The notes beneath the pieces were generated by a model. It was not told where the DNA came from and did no database searches. It saw nothing but the letters and a program-made list of their open reading frames with translations. Position numbers and translations under genes: made by a program. From Burkholderiaceae bacterium (lineage in GTDB: Bacteria; Pseudomonadota; Gammaproteobacteria; Burkholderiales; Burkholderiaceae), in assembly GCA_947447945.1 (NCBI GenBank), contig CANFLR010000001.1, positions 23,299-87,298 on the forward strand: 64,000 nucleotides of DNA. The letters run 5' to 3'. Positions 48,353 to 60,841 of the stretch are shown piece after piece. Each line of letters starts with the position of its first letter. Position 1 is the first letter of the stretch.

Positions 48353-49546
48353 TTGTCACCCTTGCTTCCTTCTTTTCCCCCCGCCGTGTTGGCTCTTGCC
48401 GACGGCACAATATTTCCTGGTTTTAGCATTGGTGCTTCTGGTGAAACTTCTGGCGAAGTGGTTTTCAACACTGCGCTCACGGGTTATCAAGAGATCATTA
48501 CCGATCCAAGTTATGCCCGTCAAATTGTGACCTTAACGTATCCCCACATTGGTAATGTTGGTGTGAATGCGCAGGATTCTGAATCTGCACAAATCTATGC
48601 AGCGGGCTTAGTGGTGAAGGATGTACCGCGCCGCTTATCCAACTTCCGCTCTGAATCTAGCCTGGAGGATTACCTCAGCACTTCAGGTGTTGTTGGCATC
48701 TCCGGAATCGATACCCGCAAGCTCACCCGCATCTTACGAGATAAAGGCGCTCAATCTGGGGCAGTAGTAGCCGGTAAACGTGGCGATGATGTTGAGGCGT
48801 TAGGTCTAAAAGCCTTGGTATTGGCAAAAGCCTTTCCTGGTATGGCTGGCCTGGACTTGGCAAAAGTAGTGACAACCAAGGCCGCATATGAGTGGCGCGA
48901 AGCAGAATGGGAGTTGCATGGCCCTGATGGTAAGCCCGCCTATAAAACGCTAGACACGAGCAAACCCCTGAAAAAAGTTGTGGCCTATGACTTTGGTGTA
49001 AAGCGCAACATCTTGCGGATGCTCACCGAGCGCGGTTGTCAGTTGACGGTAGTGCCAGCGCAAACTAGCGCCTCTGAAGTGCTGGCGATGAATCCTGATG
49101 GCGTATTTTTCTCAAACGGCCCTGGTGATCCCGGGCCTTGCGATTACGCCATAGTTGCAGCAAAAGAGTTGATTGAGAAGGGTGTGCCTACTTTTGGTAT
49201 TTGCTTAGGACATCAAATTATGGGATTGGCTGCCGGTGCCAAAACCTTGAAGATGAAGTTTGGTCATCATGGTGCCAATCATCCTGTGAAAGATCTGGAC
49301 ACAGGGCGCGTAGCAATTACTTCTCAGAACCATGGTTTTGCGGTTGATGCTAATACATTGCCTGACAACATTCGAGTCACGCATGTCTCCTTGTTTGATG
49401 GGTCTTTGCAAGGTCTTGCCTGGAAAGATAAGCCTGCATTATGTTTTCAAGGCCATCCAGAAGCATCACCAGGCCCTCATGACATTGCTTATTTATTTGA
49501 TCGTTTTGTAGAACTGATGAACGCTACCCAGAAGGAGGGCAAATAA
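48353..49546 (+). CDS. carA: Carbamoyl-phosphate synthase small subunit
   Basis: [26 protein letters not shown] and QGHPEA motifs; TTG start. Confidence 0.96.
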   Translation: MSPLLPSFPPAVLALADGTIFPGFSIGASGETSGEVVFNTALTGYQEIITDPSYARQIVTLTYPHIGNVGVNAQDSESAQIYAAGLVVKDVPRRLSNFRSESSLEDYLSTSGVVGISGIDTRKLTRILRDKGAQSGAVVAGKRGDDVEALGLKALVLAKAFPGMAGLDLAKVVTTKAAYEWREAEWELHGPDGKPAYKTLDTSKPLKKVVAYDFGVKRNILRMLTERGCQLTVVPAQTSASEVLAMNPDGVFFSNGPGDPGPCDYAIVAAKELIEKGVPTFGICLGHQIMGLAAGAKTLKMKFGHHGANHPVKDLDTGRVAITSQNHGFAVDANTLPDNIRVTHVSLFDGSLQGLAWKDKPALCFQGHPEASPGPHDIAYLFDRFVELMNATQKEGK

Positions 49547-52500
49547 TGCCTAAGCGTAGCGACATTAAGAGCATCTTAATTATTGGTGCCGGCCCAATTG
49601 TGATTGGTCAAGCTTGTGAGTTTGACTATTCAGGAGCGCAAGCATGTAAAGCGTTGCGTGATGAAGGTTATAAAGTCATTTTGGTTAACAGTAATCCTGC
49701 CACGATTATGACTGACCCCGAGATGGCTGATGTGACGTACATCGAGCCAATTACATGGGAGGTAGTAGAGCGGATTATTGCCACAGAAAACCCCGATGCC
49801 ATTTTGCCTACGATGGGCGGTCAAACTGCCTTGAACTGCGCTCTTGATTTGCATCGCCATGGCATTTTGGAAAAATATGGTTGTGAATTGATTGGTGCTT
49901 CACCAGAGGCCATTGATAAAGCGGAAGACCGTCAGAAGTTTAAAGATGCAATGACTAAGATTGGCCTAGGCTCTGCGAAGTCAGGTATTGCACATTCGAT
50001 GGATGAGGCCCATGAAGTTCAGCAGCGCATTCAGATTGAGACTGGTAGTTTAGGTTTCCCGGTGGTGATTCGTCCTTCATTCACCATGGGTGGATCTGGT
50101 GGTGGTATTGCATATAACCGCGAAGAGTTTGAAGAGATTTGTAAGCGCGGTTTAGATTTGTCGCCTACCCGAGAACTCTTGATTGAAGAGTCGCTTTTGG
50201 GTTGGAAAGAGTTTGAAATGGAAGTAGTACGTGACCGTGCCGATAACTGCATTATTGTCTGCTCGATTGAGAACTTAGACCCCATGGGCGTACATACGGG
50301 CGACTCGATTACTGTTGCTCCGGCTCAGACCCTCACGGATAAGGAATATCAATTGATGCGAAATGCATCGATTGCAGTATTGCGTGAGATTGGGGTGGAT
50401 ACCGGAGGTTCAAATGTGCAGTTCTCGATCAATCCTGTAGATGGTCGCATGATTGTGATTGAGATGAACCCGCGTGTCTCTCGTTCATCCGCATTGGCTT
50501 CTAAAGCAACTGGTTTTCCAATTGCGAAGATTGCAGCAAAATTGGCGGTTGGCTACACCCTTGATGAGTTAAAGAACGACATTACTGGTGGAGCAACTCC
50601 AGCATCCTTTGAGCCTTCCATCGACTATGTTGTGACGAAGATCCCACGCTTTGCTTTTGAGAAATTTCCGCAAGCGGATTCTCGTTTAACAACCCAGATG
50701 AAATCGGTGGGCGAAGTGATGGCGATTGGCCGCACATTCCAAGAATCATTTCAAAAAGCCTTGCGCGGCTTAGAGGTTGGAGTTGATGGCTTAGATGAAC
50801 TCTCAACAGACTTGGACGACATTATTCAAGAGATTGGGGAGCCTGGGCCAGATCGCATTTGGTACCTAGCTGATGCCTTCCGCATGGGTATGGATTTGGA
50901 TGAAGTGTATGCTGAGACTAAAATTGATCCTTGGTTCTTGGAGCAAATTCAAGAACTGATTTCAATTGAAGGCGAATTGAAGTTACGCAAAATTGATGCT
51001 TTATCTGCCGCTGAATTGCGCTTTGTAAAGCAAAAAGGTTTTTCCGATCGCCGCCTAGCAAAATTATTAGGCATTGATGCTTCTTCGGTCCGCGCTGCAC
51101 GTCATCGCTTAAAAGTGGTCCCTGTTTATAAGCGCGTGGATACTTGTGCTGCTGAGTTCTCAACGAATACAGCTTATCTCTATTCAACATATGAAGCCGA
51201 GCATGGTGAGTGTGAATCACAGCCAACGACCCGTGACAAGATCATGGTTTTGGGCGGTGGTCCAAATCGTATTGGGCAGGGTATCGAGTTTGACTACTGC
51301 TGTGTCCATGCCGCCTTAGCGATGCGCGAAGATGGTTATGAAACCATTATGGTGAACTGTAATCCAGAAACCGTTTCAACGGACTACGATACTTCAGATC
51401 GCTTGTACTTTGAGCCATTGACGCTTGAGGATGTGTTGGAAATCGTTGCCAAAGAAAAACCAAAGGGTGTAATTGTTCAGTACGGTGGTCAAACGCCTCT
51501 GAAATTGGCTCTGGATCTTGAAGCCAATGGCGTACCAATTATTGGTACTTCACCCGATATGATTGATGCTGCTGAAGATCGCGAGCGCTTTCAAAAGCTG
51601 TTGCAGAGTTTAAATTTACGTCAGCCACCCAATCGCACCGCACGCGCTGAAGATGAGGCGCTCAAACTTGCCGAAGAAATTGGCTATCCATTGGTAGTGC
51701 GTCCATCATATGTACTTGGTGGCCGTGCAATGGAGATTGTTCACGATGGTCGCGATCTTGAGCGATATATGCGTGAGGCTGTCAAGGTTTCGCATGATTC
51801 ACCGGTTTTATTGGATCGTTTCTTGAATGATGCTATCGAGTGCGATGTTGATTGCATTAGCGATGGCCAACACGTCTTTATTGGTGGCGTGATGGAGCAC
51901 ATTGAACAAGCTGGTGTTCATTCTGGTGATTCCGCATGCTCATTGCCGCCGTATTCACTCTCAGATGTCACCGTGGCAGAGATTAAGCGTCAAACTGCAG
52001 CGATGGCTAAAGGTTTGAGTGTCATTGGCTTAATGAACGTTCAGTTCGCGATTCAAAATGTTGATGGACAGGACGTGATTTATGTTCTCGAAGTCAATCC
52101 TCGAGCATCCCGCACTGTGCCTTTTGTTTCCAAGGCGACAGGTTTGCAATTGGCGAAAATAGCGGCTCGCTGTATGGTCGGTCAGACTTTGGATCAGCAG
52201 GGCATCCATAATGAAGTGAAGCCACCTTATTTCTCGGTGAAAGAGGCGGTATTCCCATTCAATAAATTTCCAGGGATCGATCCGATTCTGGGGCCTGAGA
52301 TGCGCTCCACTGGCGAGGTGATGGGAGTTGGCAAAACTTTTGGTGAGGCGCTGTTTAAATCCCAACTGGGTGCTGGCATCAAGTTACCCAAAAGTGGCAC
52401 AGTGCTTTTGACGGTTAAGGATAGTGATAAGCCCAAGACCGTCGAGGTGGCTAAGCTCTTACATCAGTTAGGCTTCCCAATGGTTGCGACTAAAGGAACT

Positions 52501-52809
52501 GCGGCAGCAATTGAGGCAGCTGGCTTGCCGGTTCGCGTAGTCAACAAGGTTAAGGATGGCCGTCCTCACATTGTTGATTTAATCAAGAATGGTGAAATTT
52601 CCTTAGTATTTACTACCGTTGATGAGACCCGTACTGCGATTGCAGATTCTCGCTCGATTCGTACCAGTGCACAAGCTAACAATATTACGTATTACACGAC
52701 TATTAGCGCTGCACGTGCGGTGATGGATGGATTGATGGCTTCTCAAAATGGTAGTAAAGAGTCGCTTGAGGTGTATTCCTTACAAAATTTACATCGAGCG
52801 CTTAATTAA
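49546..52809 (+). CDS. carB: Carbamoyl-phosphate synthase large subunit
   Basis: [18 protein letters not shown], duplicated ATP-grasp domains, MGS domain. Confidence 0.98.
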   Translation: MPKRSDIKSILIIGAGPIVIGQACEFDYSGAQACKALRDEGYKVILVNSNPATIMTDPEMADVTYIEPITWEVVERIIATENPDAILPTMGGQTALNCALDLHRHGILEKYGCELIGASPEAIDKAEDRQKFKDAMTKIGLGSAKSGIAHSMDEAHEVQQRIQIETGSLGFPVVIRPSFTMGGSGGGIAYNREEFEEICKRGLDLSPTRELLIEESLLGWKEFEMEVVRDRADNCIIVCSIENLDPMGVHTGDSITVAPAQTLTDKEYQLMRNASIAVLREIGVDTGGSNVQFSINPVDGRMIVIEMNPRVSRSSALASKATGFPIAKIAAKLAVGYTLDELKNDITGGATPASFEPSIDYVVTKIPRFAFEKFPQADSRLTTQMKSVGEVMAIGRTFQESFQKALRGLEVGVDGLDELSTDLDDIIQEIGEPGPDRIWYLADAFRMGMDLDEVYAETKIDPWFLEQIQELISIEGELKLRKIDALSAAELRFVKQKGFSDRRLAKLLGIDASSVRAARHRLKVVPVYKRVDTCAAEFSTNTAYLYSTYEAEHGECESQPTTRDKIMVLGGGPNRIGQGIEFDYCCVHAALAMREDGYETIMVNCNPETVSTDYDTSDRLYFEPLTLEDVLEIVAKEKPKGVIVQYGGQTPLKLALDLEANGVPIIGTSPDMIDAAEDRERFQKLLQSLNLRQPPNRTARAEDEALKLAEEIGYPLVVRPSYVLGGRAMEIVHDGRDLERYMREAVKVSHDSPVLLDRFLNDAIECDVDCISDGQHVFIGGVMEHIEQAGVHSGDSACSLPPYSLSDVTVAEIKRQTAAMAKGLSVIGLMNVQFAIQNVDGQDVIYVLEVNPRASRTVPFVSKATGLQLAKIAARCMVGQTLDQQGIHNEVKPPYFSVKEAVFPFNKFPGIDPILGPEMRSTGEVMGVGKTFGEALFKSQLGAGIKLPKSGTVLLTVKDSDKPKTVEVAKLLHQLGFPMVATKGTAAAIEAAGLPVRVVNKVKDGRPHIVDLIKNGEISLVFTTVDETRTAIADSRSIRTSAQANNITYYTTISAARAVMDGLMASQNGSKESLEVYSLQNLHRALN

Positions 52810-52874
52810 TCTAAAATCATTTCTTAATCGCGCAAACTTGCGCATGAACAGCATATTTAGGTTAGGTTAGCGGT

Positions 52875-53351
52875 ATGAGCACAATCCCCATTACCAAGCG
52901 TGGTGCAGAGCTTCTCAAAGAGGAGTTGCACCGCCTCAAACATATTGAGCGACCCTCCGTGATCAATGCGATTTCTGAGGCTCGCGCTCAAGGCGATCTC
53001 TCTGAAAATGCAGAATACGATGCCGCAAAAGAAAAACAAGGTTTTATCGAAGGCCGCATTCAAGAATTAGAGAGTAAGTTATCTGCCGCTCAAATCATTG
53101 ATCCTGCGACTTTGGATGTTGCTGGCCGCATCGTCTTTGGTGCTACTGTTGATCTTGAAGATCTAGAAGATGGTACTAAATTCACCTATCAAATTGTTGG
53201 CGATGATGAGGCAGATATTGCCTCGAATATGATTTCCATCAGCTCCCCCATTGCGCGCGCCTTAATTGGTAAAGAAGAGGGGGATGTTGTAGCAGTTCAG
53301 GCCCCTGGCGGAAACCGTGAAGTCGAAATCTTAGCGGTACGTTATATCTAA
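52875..53351 (+). CDS. greA: Transcription elongation factor GreA
   Basis: [13 protein letters not shown] and [11 protein letters not shown] motifs. Confidence 0.96.
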   Translation: MSTIPITKRGAELLKEELHRLKHIERPSVINAISEARAQGDLSENAEYDAAKEKQGFIEGRIQELESKLSAAQIIDPATLDVAGRIVFGATVDLEDLEDGTKFTYQIVGDDEADIASNMISISSPIARALIGKEEGDVVAVQAPGGNREVEILAVRYI

Positions 53352-53818
53352 TGCGCCATCAGCGCCTGCAACAGATCCTTTCCATTGTTGCTGGCCTTTG
53401 GGTAGGCGGTTTTATTACCGTAGGCTATTTAGTCACCCCCAGCCTTTTTACTACTCTAGGTGATCGCCAGGTGGCGGGTATTGTCGCTGGCAATCTCTTT
53501 CGTCTTGAAGCCTATCTGAGTATTGCCTTGAGCTTGGCGCTCATGATCGTCGCCAATTTTCTGGTGGCCCGAGGTAATGATCTATTTCGACGGGTTCGCT
53601 GGATCTTGCTCGCTATCTTGGCTTGCGCTATCGTCGCTGGCCTGATTCTCATACCCTGGATGAGCTCCTTACGGGATCAGGCTAATGCCGAAGGAATATC
53701 GGTGATGGCGTCATCTTCTGCAAGCTTGTTCTCTTCTCTACATGGGGTCTCCAGCATCCTCTATATTATTCAGAGTCTTTTCGGTATTGCTCTGCTATGG
53801 CGTCTGTCTCAAAAGTAA
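53351..53818 (+). CDS. DUF4149-like membrane protein
   Basis: 4 TM; P.LF..L.DR..AG..AG..F and F..LHG.SS patterns; usual position after greA. Confidence 0.75.
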   Translation: MRHQRLQQILSIVAGLWVGGFITVGYLVTPSLFTTLGDRQVAGIVAGNLFRLEAYLSIALSLALMIVANFLVARGNDLFRRVRWILLAILACAIVAGLILIPWMSSLRDQANAEGISVMASSSASLFSSLHGVSSILYIIQSLFGIALLWRLSQK

Positions 53819-53840
53819 TGTGCTGATGGCGGCAATATAA

Positions 53841-53864
53841 AAAAGCAGCTCAAGGGCTGCTTTT
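53841..53864. terminator. Bidirectional terminator
   Basis: AAAAGCAGC-TCAAGG-GCTGCTTTT between convergent genes. Confidence 0.8.
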
Positions 53865-53887
53865 CATTTAGGTAAGATAGGTTTAAT

Positions 53888-54523
53888 TTAGGAGCCCAGT
53901 GATTTTTTCTTGGTGCTACTCATGCGCGCTTTCCGTTTTTTAATCGGTGCTGGAGCTGCGCTTGCCTTGCGATAGCCAGGCGACGACCAACCAATCTTTG
54001 ATTCAGCAGCATCTGCGCGTAAAACCCGTTTCTTAGGGGTGGCTGATGCAGATGTCTTGACTGCTGCAGCTCTTGCAAAAGGAGATTTTCCAGATACAGA
54101 ACGGCGTTCTGATCTTTCTGAAGTGCTGGTTCTAACCCCACTCTTAGTAGGTGCGCGATTAGGCTGGCGCTTAGTGCGTGGAGCCTGTAAAGTTTTTTTG
54201 GTTTGCTTGCTCGAACGACCCAGTTTGGTGGAGGCCTCCTCAATCTCGTCTTTTGGTTTCCAAAGGACTAGCAATTTACCGATGTGTTGAACGGGGGCGG
54301 CATCAAGCTTGTCGCAAAGTTCTTCGTAAATTGCAAGGCGTGTTTCGCGGTCATCCCCAAAAACACGGATCTTGATCAGGCCATGGTGTCCAATGGCAAG
54401 TTTTGCCTCTTTAATTACTGCAGGTGTTAGACCATCATTGCCAATCATGACAACTGGCTTGAGATCGTGAGCGTCGCCTTTAAGGGTTTTGCGTTGTGTG
54501 GGGGTGATGGTAAGTGCAGTCAT
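53888..54523 (-). CDS. yhbY: YhbY/CRM RNA-binding protein with long basic C-terminal tail
   Basis: AHDLKPVVMIGNDGLT, HGLIKIR and VQHIGK motifs; divergent from rlmE. Confidence 0.88.
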   Translation of the reverse strand: MTALTITPTQRKTLKGDAHDLKPVVMIGNDGLTPAVIKEAKLAIGHHGLIKIRVFGDDRETRLAIYEELCDKLDAAPVQHIGKLLVLWKPKDEIEEASTKLGRSSKQTKKTLQAPRTKRQPNRAPTKSGVRTSTSERSERRSVSGKSPFARAAAVKTSASATPKKRVLRADAAESKIGWSSPGYRKASAAPAPIKKRKARMSSTKKKSLGS

Positions 54524-54662
54524 GGCTCAGATGATAGAGCATTGAACATCCCAAATCGGGTCTTACTGAGGTATGTTGCGCTCCGATGACGGCTTTTTGA
54601 GTCGATTCTTTTTGCCTTACTGTCCGGAAACAAGGAAAATGGGCAATGAAAGTGGGTAAGTT

Positions 54663-55340
54663 GTGGCAAAGAATAAATTTAATAAAAGTTGGTTGCAGGA
54701 TCACTTACAGGATCCCTATGTGAAGATGGCTCAAAAAGAGGGCTATCGGGCTAGGGCGGTCTATAAGCTCAGTGAAATTGATGAGCAAGAGCGCCTGATT
54801 AAGGCCGGCATGACTATTGTGGATCTGGGTAGCGCCCCTGGAAGTTGGTCTCAATATGCGCGCAATCGCCTTACTGAGCTGGGCAAAAATAACCCGAAAA
54901 TTGAATCTGGTAAGCCTGATGGAACCATCATTGCGATTGATATCTTGCCGATGGAGGACATTGCAGACGTCAGCTTTATTCAGGGTGATTTTCGGGAAGA
55001 TGAGGGTTTGAAGGCCCTTGAAGCCCTATTGCCGGCTGGCTCTGATGGTAAGGTTGACCTTGTTTTATCGGATATGGCGCCCAATCTATCGGGTGTAGGT
55101 GTGGCAGACGCTGCTCGCATGGCCTTTTTAGCTGAAATTGCACTTTATTTTGCTGTTGAGCATCTCAAACCTGAGGGTGCTTTATTAATTAAATGTTTTA
55201 ACGGGAGTGGATATAGCCAAATTGTGGAGTCCTTTAAAAAGGTTTTTAGGAATGTTAGCTCTAAAAAGCCCAAAGCCTCTAGAGCCCGTTCATCAGAAAT
55301 CTTCTTATTGGGCAAAAACCTCAAAGTCACGAAATCTTGA
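54663..55340 (+). CDS. rlmE: 23S rRNA Um2552 methyltransferase RlmE/FtsJ
   Basis: [24 protein letters not shown] and [11 protein letters not shown] motifs. Confidence 0.95.
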   Translation: MAKNKFNKSWLQDHLQDPYVKMAQKEGYRARAVYKLSEIDEQERLIKAGMTIVDLGSAPGSWSQYARNRLTELGKNNPKIESGKPDGTIIAIDILPMEDIADVSFIQGDFREDEGLKALEALLPAGSDGKVDLVLSDMAPNLSGVGVADAARMAFLAEIALYFAVEHLKPEGALLIKCFNGSGYSQIVESFKKVFRNVSSKKPKASRARSSEIFLLGKNLKVTKS

Positions 55341-55485
55341 CCCATTTTTACTAAATAACCCCCTAAGAGTAGGGGTTTATGAAATAAATACGCTATTTGG
55401 TCTTGAAAAAGCCTAGTAGTAGAATCAAATACTTAGGTATAGCAATTCGCTTTAACTCCCGGATTAATTCGGCAAAGGACTCATT

Positions 55486-57366
55486 TTGAACAGCAATATG
55501 TTTCAAAAAATCGGTGTATGGCTCATTGTGGGTCTCGTGCTGTTTACGGTTTTTAAGCAGTTTGATAAGCCAAAAGACCAAAACCAGGTGACTTACTCCC
55601 AATTCATGGACGATGCCAAGGCTGGCAAAGTCAAGCGTGTGGATGTGCAGGGACGGACCTTGCAAGTGACGCCTAATGATGGCGTTAAATATTCCATCAT
55701 TTCTCCAGGTGATATCTGGATGGTGGGTGATCTTATGAAGTACGGTGTTCAGGTAACTGGTAAAGCAGATGATGAGCCAAATATGCTGGTCTCTGCTTTG
55801 TATTACCTTGGACCCACTTTATTGATTATTGGTTTTTGGTTCTTCATGATGCGGCAAATGCAAGGCGGCGGAAAAGGGGGGGCATTCTCCTTTGGTAAAT
55901 CCAAGGCGCGCTTGATTGATGAGAATAGCAATACCGTTACCTTTGCCGATGTAGCTGGTTGTGATGAGGCCAAGGAGGAAGTTTCAGAGTTAGTTGACTT
56001 CTTAAAAGATCCCCAAAAATTTCAGAAGCTTGGTGGCCGCATTCCGCACGGCGTATTGCTGGTCGGCCCTCCTGGTACTGGTAAGACCTTGTTGGCGCGT
56101 GCCATTGCTGGCGAAGCGAAGGTGCCATTCTTCTCTATTTCAGGCTCTGACTTTGTAGAGATGTTTGTGGGTGTAGGTGCTTCACGCGTGCGCGATATGT
56201 TTGAGAACGCCAAGAAAAATTCCCCCTGCATTATTTTTATCGACGAGATTGATGCTGTTGGGCGTCATCGCGGTGCAGGCATGGGCGGTGGTAACGATGA
56301 GCGTGAACAGACCCTTAATCAAATGCTAGTAGAGATGGACGGTTTTGAAAGCAACAGTGGTGTCATCGTCGTTGCGGCAACAAACCGTTCGGATGTGTTG
56401 GATAAAGCCTTATTACGCCCAGGTCGCTTTGATCGACAAGTGCATGTTGGTTTGCCAGACATTCGTGGTCGTGAGCAAATTTTGCAAGTGCATATGCGCA
56501 AAGTACCAATTGATCCTGATGTCGATGCAGCGGTATTAGCTCGGGGGACGCCGGGTTTCTCAGGTGCTGATTTGGCAAATTTGGTAAATGAATCTGCCTT
56601 GTTTGCAGCTCGTCGCAATAAACGGGCGGTTGATATGAAAGACTTTGAAGACGCTAAAGACAAGATCTACATGGGGCCTGAGCGTAAGTCTGCGGTAATG
56701 CGTGAAGAAGAGCGTCGCAACACCGCTTATCACGAGTCTGGCCATGCAGTCGTTGCAAAAGTTTTGCCTAAAGCTGATCCGGTACACAAGGTGACTATCA
56801 TGCCGCGTGGCATGGCCCTTGGTGTGACTTGGCAGTTGCCTGAGTTTGATCGTGTCAATCTTTATAAAGATCGCATGTTAGAAGAATTGGCGATCTTATT
56901 TGGTGGCCGTGCTGCTGAAGAGATCTTTTTACACTCAATGAGTACTGGCGCTTCAAATGACTTCGAGCGCGCCACCAAGATGGCTCGCGACATGGTAACG
57001 CGTTATGGCATGAGCGATAGCTTAGGCACGATGGTTTACGTCGACACCGAATCTGAAAGCATCTTTGGCCGAAATAGTACGAAGACTGTATCTGAGTTGA
57101 CCCAGCAAAAAGTCGATGCTGAAATTCGGACCTTGATTGATAGTCAGTACAACTTAGCGAGATCGATTCTGGAGCAAAATCGCGATAAGGTTGAGGCGAT
57201 GGTTGCTGCCTTGCTTGAATGGGAAACCATTGATGCAGAGCAGATCACGGACATCATGGAAGGTCGTCCGCCACGGGTACCCAAGCCCCCACCTGCAACC
57301 CAGTTCGGTAATTCTGCAGGAGGAACACCGGGTCCAGCAGCGGGTAGCGCGCCAGCCACTGCATAA
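55486..57366 (+). CDS. ftsH: ATP-dependent zinc metalloprotease FtsH
   Basis: [17 protein letters not shown] and HESGH motifs. Confidence 0.98.
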   Translation: MNSNMFQKIGVWLIVGLVLFTVFKQFDKPKDQNQVTYSQFMDDAKAGKVKRVDVQGRTLQVTPNDGVKYSIISPGDIWMVGDLMKYGVQVTGKADDEPNMLVSALYYLGPTLLIIGFWFFMMRQMQGGGKGGAFSFGKSKARLIDENSNTVTFADVAGCDEAKEEVSELVDFLKDPQKFQKLGGRIPHGVLLVGPPGTGKTLLARAIAGEAKVPFFSISGSDFVEMFVGVGASRVRDMFENAKKNSPCIIFIDEIDAVGRHRGAGMGGGNDEREQTLNQMLVEMDGFESNSGVIVVAATNRSDVLDKALLRPGRFDRQVHVGLPDIRGREQILQVHMRKVPIDPDVDAAVLARGTPGFSGADLANLVNESALFAARRNKRAVDMKDFEDAKDKIYMGPERKSAVMREEERRNTAYHESGHAVVAKVLPKADPVHKVTIMPRGMALGVTWQLPEFDRVNLYKDRMLEELAILFGGRAAEEIFLHSMSTGASNDFERATKMARDMVTRYGMSDSLGTMVYVDTESESIFGRNSTKTVSELTQQKVDAEIRTLIDSQYNLARSILEQNRDKVEAMVAALLEWETIDAEQITDIMEGRPPRVPKPPPATQFGNSAGGTPGPAAGSAPATA

Positions 57367-57380
57367 GACTAGCGCTGAGC

Positions 57381-58232
57381 ATGGTGATATCACGTCAGCC
57401 CGCAACATGGCGTTGCGGGCGTTTTCTTTTTGATTTGAGCAAACGCAAGCGCCCATTGGTTATGGGTATTTTGAACATTACGCCGGATTCTTTTTCTGAT
57501 GGCGGCCAATTCAAAAGCGCTGGGGATGCAGTTGCGCAAGCCGAACGCATGATTCACGGTGGCGTAGATCTGATTGATATTGGTGGTGAGTCGACGAGAC
57601 CGGGCGCCACCCCAATTTCTCTTGAAGAAGAATTAGAGCGCGTCTTGCCTGTGATTGAGGCACTCAAAGATTGTGGGGTTGCTTTATCGATCGATACCTA
57701 TAAAGCAGAAACGATGCGGCAAGCCTTAAATGCAGGAGTCGATTGCGTGAATGATATTTGGGCCTTACGACAAAGTGGTTCTATTGAGGCGGTCATGGAG
57801 AGCAGTGATTGCGGTGTCGTTCTCATGCATATGCAACGCGATCCCCTGACGATGCAATTTAATCCTGAGTACCAAGATGTAGTTGGCGAAGTAAATGCTT
57901 TTTTGAAGGAGCGTTCAGCATTTCTGATTAAAAAAGGGGTGGATTCTAGTCGTATTGCAATTGATCCTGGTTTTGGTTTTGGAAAAAGTTTGGAGCATAA
58001 CTTGCAGATGCTGGCTCATTTTCAACAATTTTCAAGTTTGGGCTATCCAGTGCTCGCAGGAATTTCACGCAAGTCCATGTTGGGAAAAGTAGTCGGTAAA
58101 GAGGCGAATGAGCGTTTGGCTCCCAGCATTGCCGCAGCGGTGATGGCTGCTGATCGAGGGGCTCAGATCGTTCGGGTGCACGATGTACCTGAGACGGTTG
58201 ATGCTCTCAAACTCTGGGAAGCAATTCAATAG
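57381..58232 (+). CDS. folP: Dihydropteroate synthase
   Basis: [28 protein letters not shown] and RVHDV motifs. Confidence 0.95.
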   Translation: MVISRQPATWRCGRFLFDLSKRKRPLVMGILNITPDSFSDGGQFKSAGDAVAQAERMIHGGVDLIDIGGESTRPGATPISLEEELERVLPVIEALKDCGVALSIDTYKAETMRQALNAGVDCVNDIWALRQSGSIEAVMESSDCGVVLMHMQRDPLTMQFNPEYQDVVGEVNAFLKERSAFLIKKGVDSSRIAIDPGFGFGKSLEHNLQMLAHFQQFSSLGYPVLAGISRKSMLGKVVGKEANERLAPSIAAAVMAADRGAQIVRVHDVPETVDALKLWEAIQ

Positions 58233-58255
58233 CAGTCAGTTTTATAATGAATCCT

Positions 58256-59599
58256 ATGAAAAAACAATACTTTGGCACCGATGGTATTCGCGGTGAAGTG
58301 GGGCAGTTTCCAATTGTTCCGGAGTTTATGACCCGCCTTGGTTATGCAGCGGGCAAGGTATTGATGCGCGAAGCAACAGCAGGTGAGCGCTGTAAGATTT
58401 TGATTGGTAAAGATACGCGGGTATCTGGTTATTTGCTGGAAGCTGCGCTGGAGGCTGGCTTCGCTGCCGCAGGTGTAGATGTGATGCTGTGCGGCCCCAT
58501 TCCAACCCCGGGGGTTGCCTACCTGACAAAAGCCCTGCGCCTATCTGCCGGCTTAGTCATTTCTGCCTCGCATAATCCTTATCAAGATAACGGCATTAAA
58601 TTTTTCTCTGCGATGGGGGATAAGTTATCGGATGATTTTGAGTTGGCGATTGAGGCGGAGTTAGAAAATCCGATGGGCTGCGTAAGCTCTGAACAATTGG
58701 GCAAGGCATTTCGCTTAGATGATGCTGCAGGACGCTATATTGAGTTCTGTAAATCGACTTTCCCGGGCGACTTAAACCTCAAAGGCTTGAAGTTGGTAGT
58801 CGATTGTGCCAATGGTGCTGCATATCACACAGCCCCCCATGTGTTTCATGAGCTAGGCGCTGAGGTAATTTCTATTGGAGTGAGTCCAGACGGTCGAAAT
58901 ATTAATGATGGTTGCGGCGCGACTGATCCAGCAGCATTAATTGCCAGGGTGAAAGAGATAGGCGCAGATATTGGCATTGCCTTAGATGGCGATGCAGATC
59001 GCTTGCAAATGGTAGATGCCACTGGCAGATTATTTAATGGAGATGAACTTCTCTATGTCCTTGCTAAGAATCGCCTTGCTCGCGGTCACGTACTAGGTGG
59101 AGTTGTGGGGACCCTGATGACAAACTTAGCAGTTGAAAATGCTATCAAAGCCCTAGGAATTGATTTTGTCCGCGCCAAGGTTGGCGATCGTTATGTTTTA
59201 GAGGTGCTCAAAGAAAAAGGCTGGATTATTGGTGGCGAGGGCTCAGGCCATTTGCTGTGCTTAGATCAACACTCTACAGGTGACGGCACGATTGCAGCCT
59301 TGCAAGTGCTAGCTGCTATGAGCCAAAAGCAGCAGAGCTTGGCCCAATTGTTAGATGCGGTCAACATCTTCCCCCAGGTTCTACTCAATATCAAATTCAA
59401 AGCGGGATATGACTGGAAGTCTGATCAGATCCTCAAACAGCAAATTGCCAAAGTAGAAAATGAGCTTAAAGATATTGGCAGGGTTCTTATTCGCCCCTCA
59501 GGTACAGAGCCTGTCCTTAGGGTCATGGTGGAAACAAAAGACGCAGAGATCGCCATGAAAGCAGCCAAGAGCATTGCTGATTTAGTACCAAGAGCTTAA
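58256..59599 (+). CDS. glmM: Phosphoglucosamine mutase
   Basis: [15 protein letters not shown] and DGDADR motifs; ATG 58256 preferred (58247 alternative). Confidence 0.95.
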   Translation: MKKQYFGTDGIRGEVGQFPIVPEFMTRLGYAAGKVLMREATAGERCKILIGKDTRVSGYLLEAALEAGFAAAGVDVMLCGPIPTPGVAYLTKALRLSAGLVISASHNPYQDNGIKFFSAMGDKLSDDFELAIEAELENPMGCVSSEQLGKAFRLDDAAGRYIEFCKSTFPGDLNLKGLKLVVDCANGAAYHTAPHVFHELGAEVISIGVSPDGRNINDGCGATDPAALIARVKEIGADIGIALDGDADRLQMVDATGRLFNGDELLYVLAKNRLARGHVLGGVVGTLMTNLAVENAIKALGIDFVRAKVGDRYVLEVLKEKGWIIGGEGSGHLLCLDQHSTGDGTIAALQVLAAMSQKQQSLAQLLDAVNIFPQVLLNIKFKAGYDWKSDQILKQQIAKVENELKDIGRVLIRPSGTEPVLRVMVETKDAEIAMKAAKSIADLVPRA

Positions 59600-59654
59600 T
59601 ATCGAAAAATCTCTAAGTTATTGAAAAAATTGAGTTAATTCATCTATGAAGAGA

Positions 59655-59672
59655 TTGTCATAAAACGGTCAC
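59655..59672 (+). promoter_or_regulatory. Pho box (PhoB site) upstream of pstS
   Basis: TTGTCATAAAACGGTCAC, 16/18 match to CTGTCATA(A/T)A(A/T)CTGTCA(C/T). Confidence 0.85.
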
Positions 59673-59733
59673 ACTCAAGCCGTATCGTCCTTATACCGCG
59701 CTGTTGCGCTAAATCTATTTAAGGACCGAATAA

Positions 59734-60756
59734 ATGAAATCATTTTTCAAAAAGGCGTTGGTGATTGGCGCCATTTCTCTCGCTCCGGCAGCCTTCGCCG
59801 TCGATATGACTGGCGCTGGCGCAACATTCCCTTACCCAATTTATGCCAAATGGGCAGAAGCCTATAAGGCCAAGACTGGTTCAAATTTGAACTACCAGTC
59901 AATTGGTTCATCGGGCGGCATTAAGCAGATTAAGGCGAAAACGGTTGATTTTGGTGCAACTGACAATCCAGTAACCTTCGATGAATTGGAAAAAGATGGC
60001 ATGGTTCAGTTCCCAGCCATTATTGGCGGCGTAGTTCCTGTGATTAACGTCGATGGCGTTAAGCCTGGTGAAATTAAATTAGATGGCCCGACTCTGGCCG
60101 ATATTTTTCAAGGAATCATCTCTGATTGGGGTGATAAGCGTATTGCGATTATGAATCCAGGTGTGAAGATTCCTTCTGGCCCGATTACTGTTGTGACTCG
60201 TGCTGATGGCTCTGGAACAACAGCGATTTTTTCTGATTACCTAGCAAAAACCAGCAAGCTCTTCAAGGACGCTGTTGGTTCTGGTGCTAACGTCAAATGG
60301 CCAGCAGCTTCTACTGTTGGTGGTAAAGGCAACGAAGGGGTTGCAGCAAACGTAACCCGCGTGAAGAACTCAGTTGGCTACGTAGAATATGCATACGCCA
60401 AGAAAAACAAAATGACTTTTATTTCCTTGAAGAACAAGGCTGGAAATTTTGTTTCTCCTGACGATTCGACTTTTGCAGCTGCAGCAGCTGGTACTGATTG
60501 GTCAAAAATTCCAGGTATGGGCACATTCATCACTGATGCCCCTGGTGCTAAATCATGGCCAATCACAGGTGCTTCTTTTATCCTGCTCTACAAGAACCCA
60601 GAGAACAAAGCGAATGCTGCTGAAGTCATTAAGTTCTTTGACTTTGCATTCAAGGATGGTAAAAAAATGGCTGAAGAGTTAGATTACGTACCAATGCCTG
60701 ATGCAACCACTGAATTTATTCGCAAGAATGTCTTCACCAAGGTAGTGACTAAATAA
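59734..60756 (+). CDS. pstS: Phosphate ABC transporter substrate-binding protein
   Basis: GAGATFPYP, YQSIGS and RADGSGTT motifs. Confidence 0.96.
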   Translation: MKSFFKKALVIGAISLAPAAFAVDMTGAGATFPYPIYAKWAEAYKAKTGSNLNYQSIGSSGGIKQIKAKTVDFGATDNPVTFDELEKDGMVQFPAIIGGVVPVINVDGVKPGEIKLDGPTLADIFQGIISDWGDKRIAIMNPGVKIPSGPITVVTRADGSGTTAIFSDYLAKTSKLFKDAVGSGANVKWPAASTVGGKGNEGVAANVTRVKNSVGYVEYAYAKKNKMTFISLKNKAGNFVSPDDSTFAAAAAGTDWSKIPGMGTFITDAPGAKSWPITGASFILLYKNPENKANAAEVIKFFDFAFKDGKKMAEELDYVPMPDATTEFIRKNVFTKVVTK

Positions 60757-60790
60757 GTTTTGAGATTGGTCGTTCACTCTCAGGACTAAT

Positions 60791-60818
60791 AAACAGCCTC
60801 ACTAAAGTGAGGCTGTTT
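60791..60818 (+). terminator. Intercistronic hairpin after pstS (terminator / mRNA stabiliser)
   Basis: AAACAGCCTCAC-TAAA-GTGAGGCTGTTT perfect 12-bp stem. Confidence 0.8.
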
Positions 60819-60841
60819 CAATATTTAAATAAGCTCAATTT

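Noticed and set aside
55402-55432. CTTGAAA upstream of ftsH as a sigma32 promoter
   Set aside because: The -35 fits but no convincing CCCCAT-like -10 follows; not supportable
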